A stretch of DNA of 64,000 nucleotides from a virus (IMGVR_UViG_3300030098_004539:1-64000); one strand, 5' to 3'. Positions 9,564-18,078 are shown, counted from the stretch's first letter. Notes: generated from the letters alone by a model not told the origin. A program made the numbers and translations.

Positions 9564-10184
9564 ATGCCCAAGGGCCTCTACATATTAGACGACGTGTTCA
9601 AAGGAATACGTGTTGCAGGGGGTACTCCTTTTTTTAGCGGAGCTAAAGGCAAAGCTAAAGGGGAGTTTGGAGGTCTTTATGTAGGCGGCTCGAAGGGAAA
9701 AACTTCGTACGGCCCTAAAGGCGGCCACATTAAAAAGATAAGTCCTACTACTGGAAAACCTATCTACTATAAGAAGTATGAAGGGAAACGTTCAGTAAAA
9801 GTAGCCACGCCCACTGAGGGCGGAGGACCTCCTGAAGGCTACTCCACTTATGAAGCACATCCAGAACACGTTATTGGGAGAACTGGTAACGGGCATGATA
9901 TTCACGCGTTCTCTGGTATTAATAATACGAAGCATTATAAGTGGGATGATCACCGGGACGCTAGCCACGCCCACTTTACTCTTGCACAACACTTAATGAA
10001 TGTGCTTCGAGATAGGGCAGGGGGCGGAAAAGATCTGTCGAAACTTCAAGGTTTGATAGACGCACACTCTAAATTTGCCCAACACCACCGCAAGGAGTCT
10101 ATTAAGGACTTGCTTCACGGTAAGCAAAAATCACGATCAGAAGAAGATTTAAGTCTTCGTAGAGACCCCAAAGGTGGTAAATGA
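9564..10184 (+). CDS. Gly/Lys/His-rich hypothetical protein, candidate internal head protein
   Basis: N-terminal GLYILDDVFKG motif; GPKGG..TTGKPIY; His-rich helix. Confidence 0.7.
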   Translation: MPKGLYILDDVFKGIRVAGGTPFFSGAKGKAKGEFGGLYVGGSKGKTSYGPKGGHIKKISPTTGKPIYYKKYEGKRSVKVATPTEGGGPPEGYSTYEAHPEHVIGRTGNGHDIHAFSGINNTKHYKWDDHRDASHAHFTLAQHLMNVLRDRAGGGKDLSKLQGLIDAHSKFAQHHRKESIKDLLHGKQKSRSEEDLSLRRDPKGGK

Positions 10185-10357
10185 ACGTAGATTTTGAAAT
10201 TAATACCGTCAATATTTTGACAGGAGCGCTCAGAAAATCTCTTTCTGAACAAGACGATCCTGCAATGATTGCTATTAAATTATCTTTAATTAAAAGCGAC
10301 GTACAAAATATTAACGATGTAGAGAGATTGTTTAACAGGTTTTCAGTAGATGACTAA
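10181..10357 (+). CDS. 58-aa hypothetical protein, below the ORF-track size cutoff (MNVDFEINTVNILTGALRKSLSEQ...)
   Basis: ATGA overlap with the upstream stop; fills the gap and overlaps the next start; contains LRKS and LIKS. Confidence 0.7.
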   Translation: MNVDFEINTVNILTGALRKSLSEQDDPAMIAIKLSLIKSDVQNINDVERLFNRFSVDD

Positions 10358-10799
10358 TAACCACCTTACAGACCAGCAAATACAGGAGCATTTAGATACG
10401 TTGTCTAAGTCTAAATCTCTAGAAAGCTACTGTAATAACTGCGGAGACTGCTGTAGCCCCAGTGTATTGGTTAAAAGTACTAGAACTTCTCCTTTTAAAG
10501 TACTAGTTAAAGATTTAAAGTGTAAGTTCAGTAAGTCTGTTAACGGAGACAATACGTGTACCGTGTATAATGAGAGATTCAATAAGGCTCCCTGGTGTTT
10601 AGACCTTAAGGGTATGATTAAGGGTGGAGTAGCCCCGCTACATTGCCCTTATGTAGAGACCTTGAAGGGTTATAGCCCTACGTTAGAGTTAAATGACCCT
10701 CAATATAAGACTGTATTACCTCTTCTTAAGAAAGCAGTCTCGGAGGGAGATGTTTCTCCTTTTGCCTCGTTAGACATTAAGACATTTTTAGGAGATTAA
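10350..10799 (+). CDS. YkgJ-like CxxCxxCC putative Zn/Fe-S-binding protein
   Basis: YCNNCGDCC...LKCKF...TCTVYNER...WC pattern typical of the CxxCxxCC family. Confidence 0.8.
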   Translation: MTNNHLTDQQIQEHLDTLSKSKSLESYCNNCGDCCSPSVLVKSTRTSPFKVLVKDLKCKFSKSVNGDNTCTVYNERFNKAPWCLDLKGMIKGGVAPLHCPYVETLKGYSPTLELNDPQYKTVLPLLKKAVSEGDVSPFASLDIKTFLGD

Positions 10800-10800
10800 G

Positions 10801-11913
10801 ATGAGTTACTGGGATGCATCGTGTGACTTTCTTATTAAGAGTTTAGAAGATCTTAATAAAGCGAAACCTAAGCGGTCTAGTAAAACGCAATCTACTCCGG
10901 TTGATTCGCCGCAAACTAAGCTGAGTGAGTTTGAGAAGCAAACTCAAAAGTTTAAACCCGCAGATGCGAAAAAAGTTCATATAGGTGTGGAAGATCGTGC
11001 GAGGTTAAAAGCGGCCAAGGCCGGAACAACCTTTACACCTAAGCAGGGGGGTTCTGCTGGGAGGACGTTTACGGTCGTACCGTCTAAGTCGAAAGGTACG
11101 CCTCCTACTAAAAAAGAACGTATTGAGCTTGGACCACAGCCTCGTAGCTCACCAAATTATCGCCTGCAACCTGCCGGGGAAAAGGCTAGAGAACAGCGTA
11201 AGAGCCCTATCATGGATATGGTTATGGAAGGGAGGGATGACTCAGAAAAAGAATCTGTTTGGCCACAGGGTTTTAAATCTGCTGACACCTGGAACAAAAA
11301 AGTAAAAAAAGACTGGGACGAGGAAAAATCAAGTATATTGGATCACCTTTGGGGCGGAAGTAAGCAAACACGGAAACCGCCAGCACAGTTTGGTGCATAT
11401 GCTGACTTTAAAGAAAAAGCTAAAGAGTATCTTGGTAACAAGGCCGATAAATACTATTCGGGCATAAGATCTGGATCTGGTGGTGAAGGTAAATTTGGCG
11501 AGCTTACCGCTAAACAGAAAGCGATGATGGCGATCATAAAGCGCATGCCAAAGCATCAGCAAGATAGGATTAGAGATCACCATATAAAGCTAATGACGGG
11601 ACAAAAGTTGTCTCCGGCAGGAATTCGTACCAGGGTAGCGGCGCAAGTTGGAGCGTTTCAAAACCCAGAAGAGTTGAATAAATATGGTTGGGCGTATTTT
11701 AACCCTGATGTAGCTCAAATTATCGCGGTTAATTCTCTCACTGAGGGCGCTAGGAGGGCTTCGTCCGCCATTAAGAATATTGGTAGTGCGGTGGGTGAGA
11801 TTCTTTTTCAAAAAAATAGCAGTAAAAAACCTCGTCGCTTAAAAGCCTATAAAACTAAAAAGGAATGGGGACCCTCCGGGACCGATTTTGGAGACGACGA
11901 CTGGAAGCGGTGA
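10801..11913 (+). CDS. Basic hypothetical protein, paralog 1
   Basis: GGAG RBS; N-terminus MSYWDASCDFLIKSLEDLNKAKPK resembles the next gene. Confidence 0.75.
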   Translation: MSYWDASCDFLIKSLEDLNKAKPKRSSKTQSTPVDSPQTKLSEFEKQTQKFKPADAKKVHIGVEDRARLKAAKAGTTFTPKQGGSAGRTFTVVPSKSKGTPPTKKERIELGPQPRSSPNYRLQPAGEKAREQRKSPIMDMVMEGRDDSEKESVWPQGFKSADTWNKKVKKDWDEEKSSILDHLWGGSKQTRKPPAQFGAYADFKEKAKEYLGNKADKYYSGIRSGSGGEGKFGELTAKQKAMMAIIKRMPKHQQDRIRDHHIKLMTGQKLSPAGIRTRVAAQVGAFQNPEELNKYGWAYFNPDVAQIIAVNSLTEGARRASSAIKNIGSAVGEILFQKNSSKKPRRLKAYKTKKEWGPSGTDFGDDDWKR

Positions 11914-11926
11914 AGGAGTAATTAAG

Positions 11927-13057
11927 ATGAGTTTTTGGGACGATTCGTCAGAAATTTTGACTAAAAGTTTAGAACCGATGGTTAAGGCTAAACCTAAACC
12001 TAGGAAGCTGTCTGGGTTTGAGCAAAGCACGCTTGACTACAAGGACAAAGACAGCCCATCGGTTCATATGGGAGTAAAGGATCGCGCTCGACTAAAAAGG
12101 GTAACACCAACGTTCCCAATTGGCCCCGCAGGTAGCGGTAGTACTTTTACTCCTCAAGAAGGTGGATCTCAAGGCAAGACGCGGGTCGTTACAGACCGAA
12201 CCCCCGAAAAGGGTAAAATCCCTAGTGCTGAAGACTGGGCAAGACTCGGAAAGAAGGCGGCGGATGCAGCAAGTTTAGGGTTCAAAAAATTAAAACAGGA
12301 TGTGAAATCTGCGAATCCGCGCAGACTGAAAAAAGAAAGAATTATCAAAAAGGATACGGAAGAGGCTAAAGGCGTTAAACCGATGTCAGGCGCTGCCGAA
12401 GTAGTGAATAAAAAGACACGAGAGCAACACGAGAAAGACTCTCCCGGTTTCGGTAGTTTTCTTTTAGCCGCGTATGGGGCCGACGACCCTAAGAGCCCCA
12501 GAAGAGAAACTTTGCGTAAATTAAGTAACCTCGATAACGCAAAGTTTCGTAGGAATGTAGCCAAAAAGTTAGAAAACTCTTTAAATAACTTTAAACGGTA
12601 CCTAACAGGCAAAACTTCCGATGGAATTTTTGGTAAACCGCTTACTAGAGCACAAAAAAAGATAGGTGAGGTGTTTGAAGCGTTGCCTGAAAGTAAGAAA
12701 AAGAAAATTGCTGCACTGTACGCCGACAAACCTATGAGTTGGGGTGACTCCCTTACGGATTCCAGTTGGACTAAACCTCTCGGAAAGCTCGGAAATATTG
12801 AAAATCTAAGCGAAATGGGTGTCAAAACTCGCGCCAGAGGGGCAGCAGGATTAATTCAGTCAGAAAGAGACATCGGATTGATCCCACTTATGTTCAACCC
12901 AGACATGCACGCGTATCTAAACAATAGACCTTCGCCGGAAGGTCGCGCAGTTGCTCCTCTCCCAACAAAAAAGATGCGGAACCAATTTCAGTACTCGCCT
13001 AAATCGTTTCCTAAAGGCAAAAGCAGCTTCTCCATTAAAGAGCCTAAAAAGAGTTAA
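11927..13057 (+). CDS. Basic hypothetical protein, paralog 2 (start reassigned from 11888)
   Basis: ATG at 11927 follows AAGGAG; MSFWDDSSEILTKSLEPMVKAKPK aligns with the paralog 1 N-terminus. Confidence 0.75.
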   Translation: MSFWDDSSEILTKSLEPMVKAKPKPRKLSGFEQSTLDYKDKDSPSVHMGVKDRARLKRVTPTFPIGPAGSGSTFTPQEGGSQGKTRVVTDRTPEKGKIPSAEDWARLGKKAADAASLGFKKLKQDVKSANPRRLKKERIIKKDTEEAKGVKPMSGAAEVVNKKTREQHEKDSPGFGSFLLAAYGADDPKSPRRETLRKLSNLDNAKFRRNVAKKLENSLNNFKRYLTGKTSDGIFGKPLTRAQKKIGEVFEALPESKKKKIAALYADKPMSWGDSLTDSSWTKPLGKLGNIENLSEMGVKTRARGAAGLIQSERDIGLIPLMFNPDMHAYLNNRPSPEGRAVAPLPTKKMRNQFQYSPKSFPKGKSSFSIKEPKKS

Positions 13058-13066
13058 GGATAAATA

Positions 13067-13840
13067 ATGTCAGATGAGACTTTAAATTTTAAATTTTGGA
13101 TGCCTTTAAGTAAGGCAAAGGCGTCTAAAGATGGAAAAGCGAGGATTATCGAAGGGATTGCCTCTACTCCAGACTTAGATCTTCAAAATGAACGGGTAAA
13201 CCAGTCCGGTATTAACTTTGATTACTTTATTAATCATGGATATTTTAACTGGGACCATAAATCTGGAGCAGAAAACAAGATTGGAGAACCTTGGGAGGTT
13301 AAAGTCACCCCTAAAGGGCTTTACGTTAAAGGTATTATTTACAAAGGTAAAAAAGTTGCCGATGACGTATGGGAACATATTCAGTCTTTAGCTCAAAATC
13401 CCGGATCTAAGAGAAAAGTGGGCTTTTCTCTCCAAGGAAAGACAGTACGGCGTAATGGAAACAGCATTTTAAAGTGCTGGCTGCAAGATATTGCCATTAC
13501 TACTGCCCCAATTAACTACAATACGTACTTAGACGTTGTTAAATCCTTCAGTAAATATGAGTGGGTAAACTCTGAACTAGAGAAGACTCTTTCTGCGGGC
13601 TACGGGCACGCAGGAGGCGGCGCACTCGTTCCAGAATCTCTCGACGATAAAGAACGAGATTTAAAATATGGGGATAAAAAAGACGGTAGGAACCCTGGTA
13701 ATAAAAATAATAAAATTATTACAAAGAAAAGTCTTGCCAATCTCATACAACGTCATTTAGGTTACTCAAAAGATACTTCTGGACAACTTTCAGACGTTAT
13801 CTTCCGCATGTCAGACATTAGGAGAAAACAGAATGGCTAG
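13067..13840 (+). CDS. Prohead (capsid maturation) protease
   Basis: IIEGIASTPDLDLQNE, GYFNWDH, IGEP, GLYVKG, GFSLQG, IAIT..PIN; located upstream of scaffold and capsid genes. Confidence 0.92.
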   Translation: MSDETLNFKFWMPLSKAKASKDGKARIIEGIASTPDLDLQNERVNQSGINFDYFINHGYFNWDHKSGAENKIGEPWEVKVTPKGLYVKGIIYKGKKVADDVWEHIQSLAQNPGSKRKVGFSLQGKTVRRNGNSILKCWLQDIAITTAPINYNTYLDVVKSFSKYEWVNSELEKTLSAGYGHAGGGALVPESLDDKERDLKYGDKKDGRNPGNKNNKIITKKSLANLIQRHLGYSKDTSGQLSDVIFRMSDIRRKQNG

Positions 13841-14603
13841 TCAAATCACACCGATGCAGCCTGGAAATCATCAGCCGATGGGCGTTGATTGGGCTGGCAC
13901 CGACGTAGAGAGTGAAGAGAACGCAGAAGACCGCGATAGCATGCCTAACGGCACAGACTATAAGCCGGTTAAAAAGAGTTATCGTCTTTACAAGTCTCTT
14001 ATCCAAGATGAAGACCTTTTAAAGGCTATGGATGAAGACGAAGAAGAGAAGGAAAAGCACTTTGAAGGTGCTATGAAGGACGATAAAGACCATATCGCTG
14101 CTTTAGAGCGAGATGAAGAGGAAGAGAAGCGGGACGAAGAAGACGCCAAAATGCGTAAGTCTTTCTTTGAGGTAGTAGAAGAGAATCCTGTTCTCCTAAA
14201 AGGAATTTCTAGCTCACCGTTCTTGTACGAGATGGTCAAATCCATCGGATACTCTTTCCTTAACTTAGAAGACCAGATTGGTACTCAGATGCTGCAAATG
14301 GACATGCATCATGACCAGTTTGCTAAGAGTGTCGATGGCGTTTTTGAAAATATGAGCAAAAGCTTAGGTTTCATTAATGACACGGCTGATCAAGTTGATA
14401 TGCACAAGTCTGTAAGTGCGGATGGAAATGTGCAGTATCTTGAGAAGGGTAACTTCAGCGGTGAGGCCGGTCCTTCTCAAGGACAAGTTCTTCAGGCCCT
14501 TGTTAAGGGTGTTGAAGCCGGTCACATTTCGCCCACGGAAGTGATTAAATTTGAAACTACTGGGGCGGTATCTCCGCATATCCAGAAAAGCCTTGGATTA
14601 TAG
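13833..14603 (+). CDS. Scaffold-like protein A
   Basis: Acidic and helical; lies between protease and capsid; about 11 hydrophobic-x-K[SAG] motifs. Confidence 0.7.
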   Translation: MASQITPMQPGNHQPMGVDWAGTDVESEENAEDRDSMPNGTDYKPVKKSYRLYKSLIQDEDLLKAMDEDEEEKEKHFEGAMKDDKDHIAALERDEEEEKRDEEDAKMRKSFFEVVEENPVLLKGISSSPFLYEMVKSIGYSFLNLEDQIGTQMLQMDMHHDQFAKSVDGVFENMSKSLGFINDTADQVDMHKSVSADGNVQYLEKGNFSGEAGPSQGQVLQALVKGVEAGHISPTEVIKFETTGAVSPHIQKSLGL

Positions 14604-14614
14604 GAGAGATTAAG

Positions 14615-15376
14615 ATGTCTGACGGAATGTACGAATCAGAGATTCTAAAGTCGTTAGAGGCTTTAGATGAGATTCTGTCGAAAGCTAATCCTCATGTTCA
14701 AAATCTACAACCTGGAAATCATCAGCCTATGGGTGTTGATTGGGCCGGTACAGATGTAGAGAGTGAAGAGGATGAAAGCTACGCTGGTCACATCGCTGAG
14801 AATGGAACGGATTACGATCCTCCCAAGAGCGGTGGAAAGAAAAAGAAAAAGATGAGCAAGGCTTTCGAGGAAGCAGAAGAAAAAGAAGAGTTTGAAGAAG
14901 ACGAAGACGAAGACGAAGACGAGATGGACAAGGGGTATGGCTACGGCAAGTCCAGCGGGATGTCCAAAGGTGTCGAAGTCAGCGAGTTTCTTCACGAGCT
15001 TACGAAGTCTGTAGCTATTTACTGCTACGAATTAGAAGGCTTAATTACTAAGTCTTTAAATCAGATTCACGAGGAAAACGGTGCGATGTCGAAAGCTATC
15101 GCTGAAAACCTCGTCGCTCTAAACGATATTATCTCTAAATCACAAGATAATATCAATGAATACGCGGAGGGTCCTGCTCGGGGTCCGAAGAGTATGCTCG
15201 ATATGAGCAAGTCTATTTCTGGTTCGCAAGAGCCGGAGTTGTCCAAGAGTGTTGTTATCGGCGCTCTTATGAAAGGTGTTGAGGCTGGCACGGTTTCTCC
15301 TCTTGAGATCATCAAGGTGGAGCAGTTCGGCGTTCAAGCCATTAATCAAGATGTCGTCAAAAGTCTTTTAGCTTAG
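14615..15376 (+). CDS. Scaffold-like protein B (paralog of A)
   Basis: Shares QPGNHQPMGVDWAGTDVESEE and ALxKGVEAG.xSPxExIK with A; about 13 hydrophobic-x-K[SAG] motifs. Confidence 0.7.
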   Translation: MSDGMYESEILKSLEALDEILSKANPHVQNLQPGNHQPMGVDWAGTDVESEEDESYAGHIAENGTDYDPPKSGGKKKKKMSKAFEEAEEKEEFEEDEDEDEDEMDKGYGYGKSSGMSKGVEVSEFLHELTKSVAIYCYELEGLITKSLNQIHEENGAMSKAIAENLVALNDIISKSQDNINEYAEGPARGPKSMLDMSKSISGSQEPELSKSVVIGALMKGVEAGTVSPLEIIKVEQFGVQAINQDVVKSLLA

Positions 15377-15394
15377 GAACTAGGGAGAATTTAA

Positions 15395-16825
15395 ATGGTA
15401 CCTCAAATTAGCTTAGGAGACTACGACGGGCTGAACGGGTTCGGAACATCAACTACGGGAGATGTTAACGAACTGTCTAAGGCACTTAGCGCGGGATATC
15501 AGGTCTCTAATCAGACTGGTGGGTCTGCCCTTCGCGTTGAGAGTCTGGAAGCCAGCCTGAAAGTAGTCACATGGTCCAACAAACACATCAAGCTCTGGAA
15601 GAAGATTCCGAAGAGCCCAGCGTACTCAACGGTTGAGGAATACAACGTCCTTAGCCAGTACGGTGCAGCCGGAGCCTTTGGCTTCACGCGAGAGGGAGAG
15701 CTTCCTGGTACTCAGGACAGCACTTACACTCGTATGACTGCACTGGTGAAGTTCATTGGAACGACTCGTTCTGTGACTCACCCAGCTACGTTGGTTAATC
15801 CGGCACACGGAGATGTTATCGCTCTGGAGAACCAGAACGGTATCCTTTGGATGTTGGAGCGTGTTGAGGATTCACTCTTCCACGGTAACTCTGGTCTTGC
15901 CTTTGATGGTGAAGCAGAGCAGTGGGATGGTCTGGATGCTCTCATCAATAACGCTAACGTTATTGACCTTGAGGGACAGCCTCTTCAAGAAGCTGACATC
16001 GAAGAAGCCTCTAACTTGGTCATTGAAAACTACGGTTACCCCACGGACATGTTCCTTGGTACCCGTGCGATGAGTGACCTCGTCAAGACCTTCTACCCCC
16101 GCGAGCGCGTGAATATGCCTGCTCCTTCGGAAGGTAAGGTTGGTCTGTCGGTTACCTCGATGGCTACGCAAGCTGGAACGATTGAGTTCAACCCTGACGT
16201 CTTTATTCGTCAAGGTAAGCAGCCTCCTGCGGCTGCTACGAGCGCTAACGCTCCTGCTACTCCGGCGGCTATTGTTAACGGTGGTGCTGCTGGTACTGCA
16301 AGCTGGGCGAAGTCGCTTGGTGCTGCTGCTGGTGGATTTTCCTACGCAGTGACTGCATGTAACCGGTTTGGTGAGTCCGCTCCCGTTCTTTCGGCAACAT
16401 ACAATGTTGGCGCTGGATCGACGACGGCTAACGGTATTCAGGTTACTAACGCTGCTGCGATTGGTGCAAATCCTCCTGAGTTCTTTATCATCTACCGTAC
16501 GCGGAACATTGGTTCCGGTGGTGCAGCACCTGCGGACCTTTCTCAGTACAGTGAGATTGCTCGCGTGCGTTGTACCAACCAGGGCGCTGGTGTGATGGGT
16601 GTTCAAGCTCAAGACCTCAACGCTACTATGCCCTTCACGGAAACGGCTTACTTGGGAGAGCTTACCCCTTCGGTGCTCACCTTCCGTCAGCTTGCTCCTC
16701 TGATGCGTATGGATCTCGCGGTTCTGGCTCCTGCCTACCGTTGGATGATTATGCTCTACGGTACGCCTATCCTGTTTGCTCCGCGCAAGTGGGTCCGGTT
16801 GACCAATATTGGTCGCCTTAGCTAG
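15395..16825 (+). CDS. Major capsid protein (SPO1/Twort-like)
   Basis: LSKALSAGY..GSALRVESLE, STVEEY, WDGL..LI...NVIDL.G, GELTP, LAPLMRMDLA, YG.PIL.AP.KW; codon bias typical of high expression. Confidence 0.95.
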   Translation: MVPQISLGDYDGLNGFGTSTTGDVNELSKALSAGYQVSNQTGGSALRVESLEASLKVVTWSNKHIKLWKKIPKSPAYSTVEEYNVLSQYGAAGAFGFTREGELPGTQDSTYTRMTALVKFIGTTRSVTHPATLVNPAHGDVIALENQNGILWMLERVEDSLFHGNSGLAFDGEAEQWDGLDALINNANVIDLEGQPLQEADIEEASNLVIENYGYPTDMFLGTRAMSDLVKTFYPRERVNMPAPSEGKVGLSVTSMATQAGTIEFNPDVFIRQGKQPPAAATSANAPATPAAIVNGGAAGTASWAKSLGAAAGGFSYAVTACNRFGESAPVLSATYNVGAGSTTANGIQVTNAAAIGANPPEFFIIYRTRNIGSGGAAPADLSQYSEIARVRCTNQGAGVMGVQAQDLNATMPFTETAYLGELTPSVLTFRQLAPLMRMDLAVLAPAYRWMIMLYGTPILFAPRKWVRLTNIGRLS

Positions 16826-16995
16826 TGCGGCCTGAAGGGACCGAGTCTGAAGATTTAAACTGGCCTCAGGAAGAGAAAACTCAACCTGGGGTCAGTCTTC
16901 AACTCCCCCTTCCTCATCCCCCTCTTATGGAGCCGGATTTAAACGTAGATAAAGAAAACGACGACAAAGAAGTTGTCATAGTTTTGGAGATCTAG
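16825..16995 (+). CDS. Possible 56-aa acidic protein (VRPEGTESEDLNWPQEE...VVIVLEI)
   Basis: GTG overlaps the capsid TAG (TAGTG) and the frame is open to TAG at 16993-16995; no clear RBS; overlaps a hairpin. Confidence 0.4.
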   Translation: MRPEGTESEDLNWPQEEKTQPGVSLQLPLPHPPLMEPDLNVDKENDDKEVVIVLEI

Positions 16996-16997
16996 AG

Positions 16998-17228
16998 ATG
17001 CCAGTTTGTACACAAGATCAATTAGATCGAATTGCTGCTAAAAGGGCAGCAAGGGCCGCTAAGAAGAGTAAGCCAGCATCTAAGTCAGATCCCGCTCCAA
17101 AAGCTCCTGCTAAAAAGGCAGTAGCTCCCAAATCCGAAAAGCCCGCGCCTAAACCGGTTGAGGCTTCTAGTAAAAAGCCTGCTGCAAAGAAGGCTTCACC
17201 CTCTGCCGATAAAAAGTCTAAGAAGTAG
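16998..17228 (+). CDS. Small Lys/Ala/Pro-rich basic protein (histone H1-tail-like composition)
   Basis: GGAG RBS; PAKKA-type low complexity. Confidence 0.7.
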   Translation: MPVCTQDQLDRIAAKRAARAAKKSKPASKSDPAPKAPAKKAVAPKSEKPAPKPVEASSKKPAAKKASPSADKKSKK

Positions 17229-17239
17229 GAGATTCAAAA

Positions 17240-17995
17240 ATGGCTTGCAAGTCAAAGACATTCATTAACGATACGGGCTCGAATGTAGTTGCGGAAATCA
17301 CTTCGCAGCTTAACACGGCCCTCAGTGCGACCCCCCTTCAGGTTTTACGCCAACCTACTGCTGATGCTGGTACGGGTGCTGCTGATGTTATCTCAGCCGC
17401 CGATGGAGCGAACATTTCTGGTGTCCTGTTTATGGCTCCCGAAGATTGTTTTGTGACGAGCATTAAGTTTGGTGGGCTGGGCTCTGTTGCATTAAACGCA
17501 AGTACGCCTGCTCAGACGCTGGTTATTGTTCTTCGTGTTCCTGCGGCTTGGACGGACGGCGGCGGTGCTGCTGCCGATCAACTTTTCCGCGCATCAGGTA
17601 TCCACGGTAATAATGTTGGTGTTGCTCTTGGTGCCGCCGGTACGTACGAAGTAGTGTGCGCTACTACTGGTGATGCTTTGACTGCTGCTGCGGGATTTGA
17701 TGGCAACCAGGTTGGCGAACTAGTTGGACTTACCGCGACTGGTGGTGCTGCTGGTATCCTTTCTGCGGACATTGCTGGAACTATGGTGGCTCAAGCTGCT
17801 GCTAACTCCGCCGCTGTTTCTATCCCCTCTACCGGGTTTGCTATGAACGCGGGTGACTCCTTGGTGTGGATGTTCCACAACAAAACGGGTGCTGCACAAG
17901 TGTGCGTCGGCGCTGTTGGTTACCGCCCTGTTAAAGACGAGTTGGCTTTGAGCCCTGCTCAGGTGGTTACACCGTTCTCTGAAAAGCCTCGCTAA
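17240..17995 (+). CDS. Ala/Gly-rich virion protein, possible capsid decoration
   Basis: AGGAG RBS; capsid-like codon usage; last gene before a terminator. Confidence 0.6.
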   Translation: MACKSKTFINDTGSNVVAEITSQLNTALSATPLQVLRQPTADAGTGAADVISAADGANISGVLFMAPEDCFVTSIKFGGLGSVALNASTPAQTLVIVLRVPAAWTDGGGAAADQLFRASGIHGNNVGVALGAAGTYEVVCATTGDALTAAAGFDGNQVGELVGLTATGGAAGILSADIAGTMVAQAAANSAAVSIPSTGFAMNAGDSLVWMFHNKTGAAQVCVGAVGYRPVKDELALSPAQVVTPFSEKPR

Positions 17996-18022
17996 ATCCC
18001 ATTCTTACATAGATCTCTGCAT

Positions 18023-18078
18023 AAACCCCCCTTACGGCACCCCACACTCTCTGCTCGTAAGGGGGGTTTTATATTTTT
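18023..18078 (+). terminator. Rho-independent terminator
   Basis: aaaccccccttacg...cgtaaggggggttt stem followed by a T-rich tract. Confidence 0.8.

Noticed and set aside
16210-16620. Ala-rich FN3-like insertion in the major capsid protein (FSYAVTACNRFGESAP)
   Set aside because: An equivalent insertion domain is a normal feature of SPO1/Twort-like capsid proteins.
16810-16860. Capsid C-terminal extension by readthrough or frameshift
   Set aside because: Readthrough of TAG meets TAA after 10 codons, and the -1 frame has a stop at 16819-16821; no convincing slippery site.
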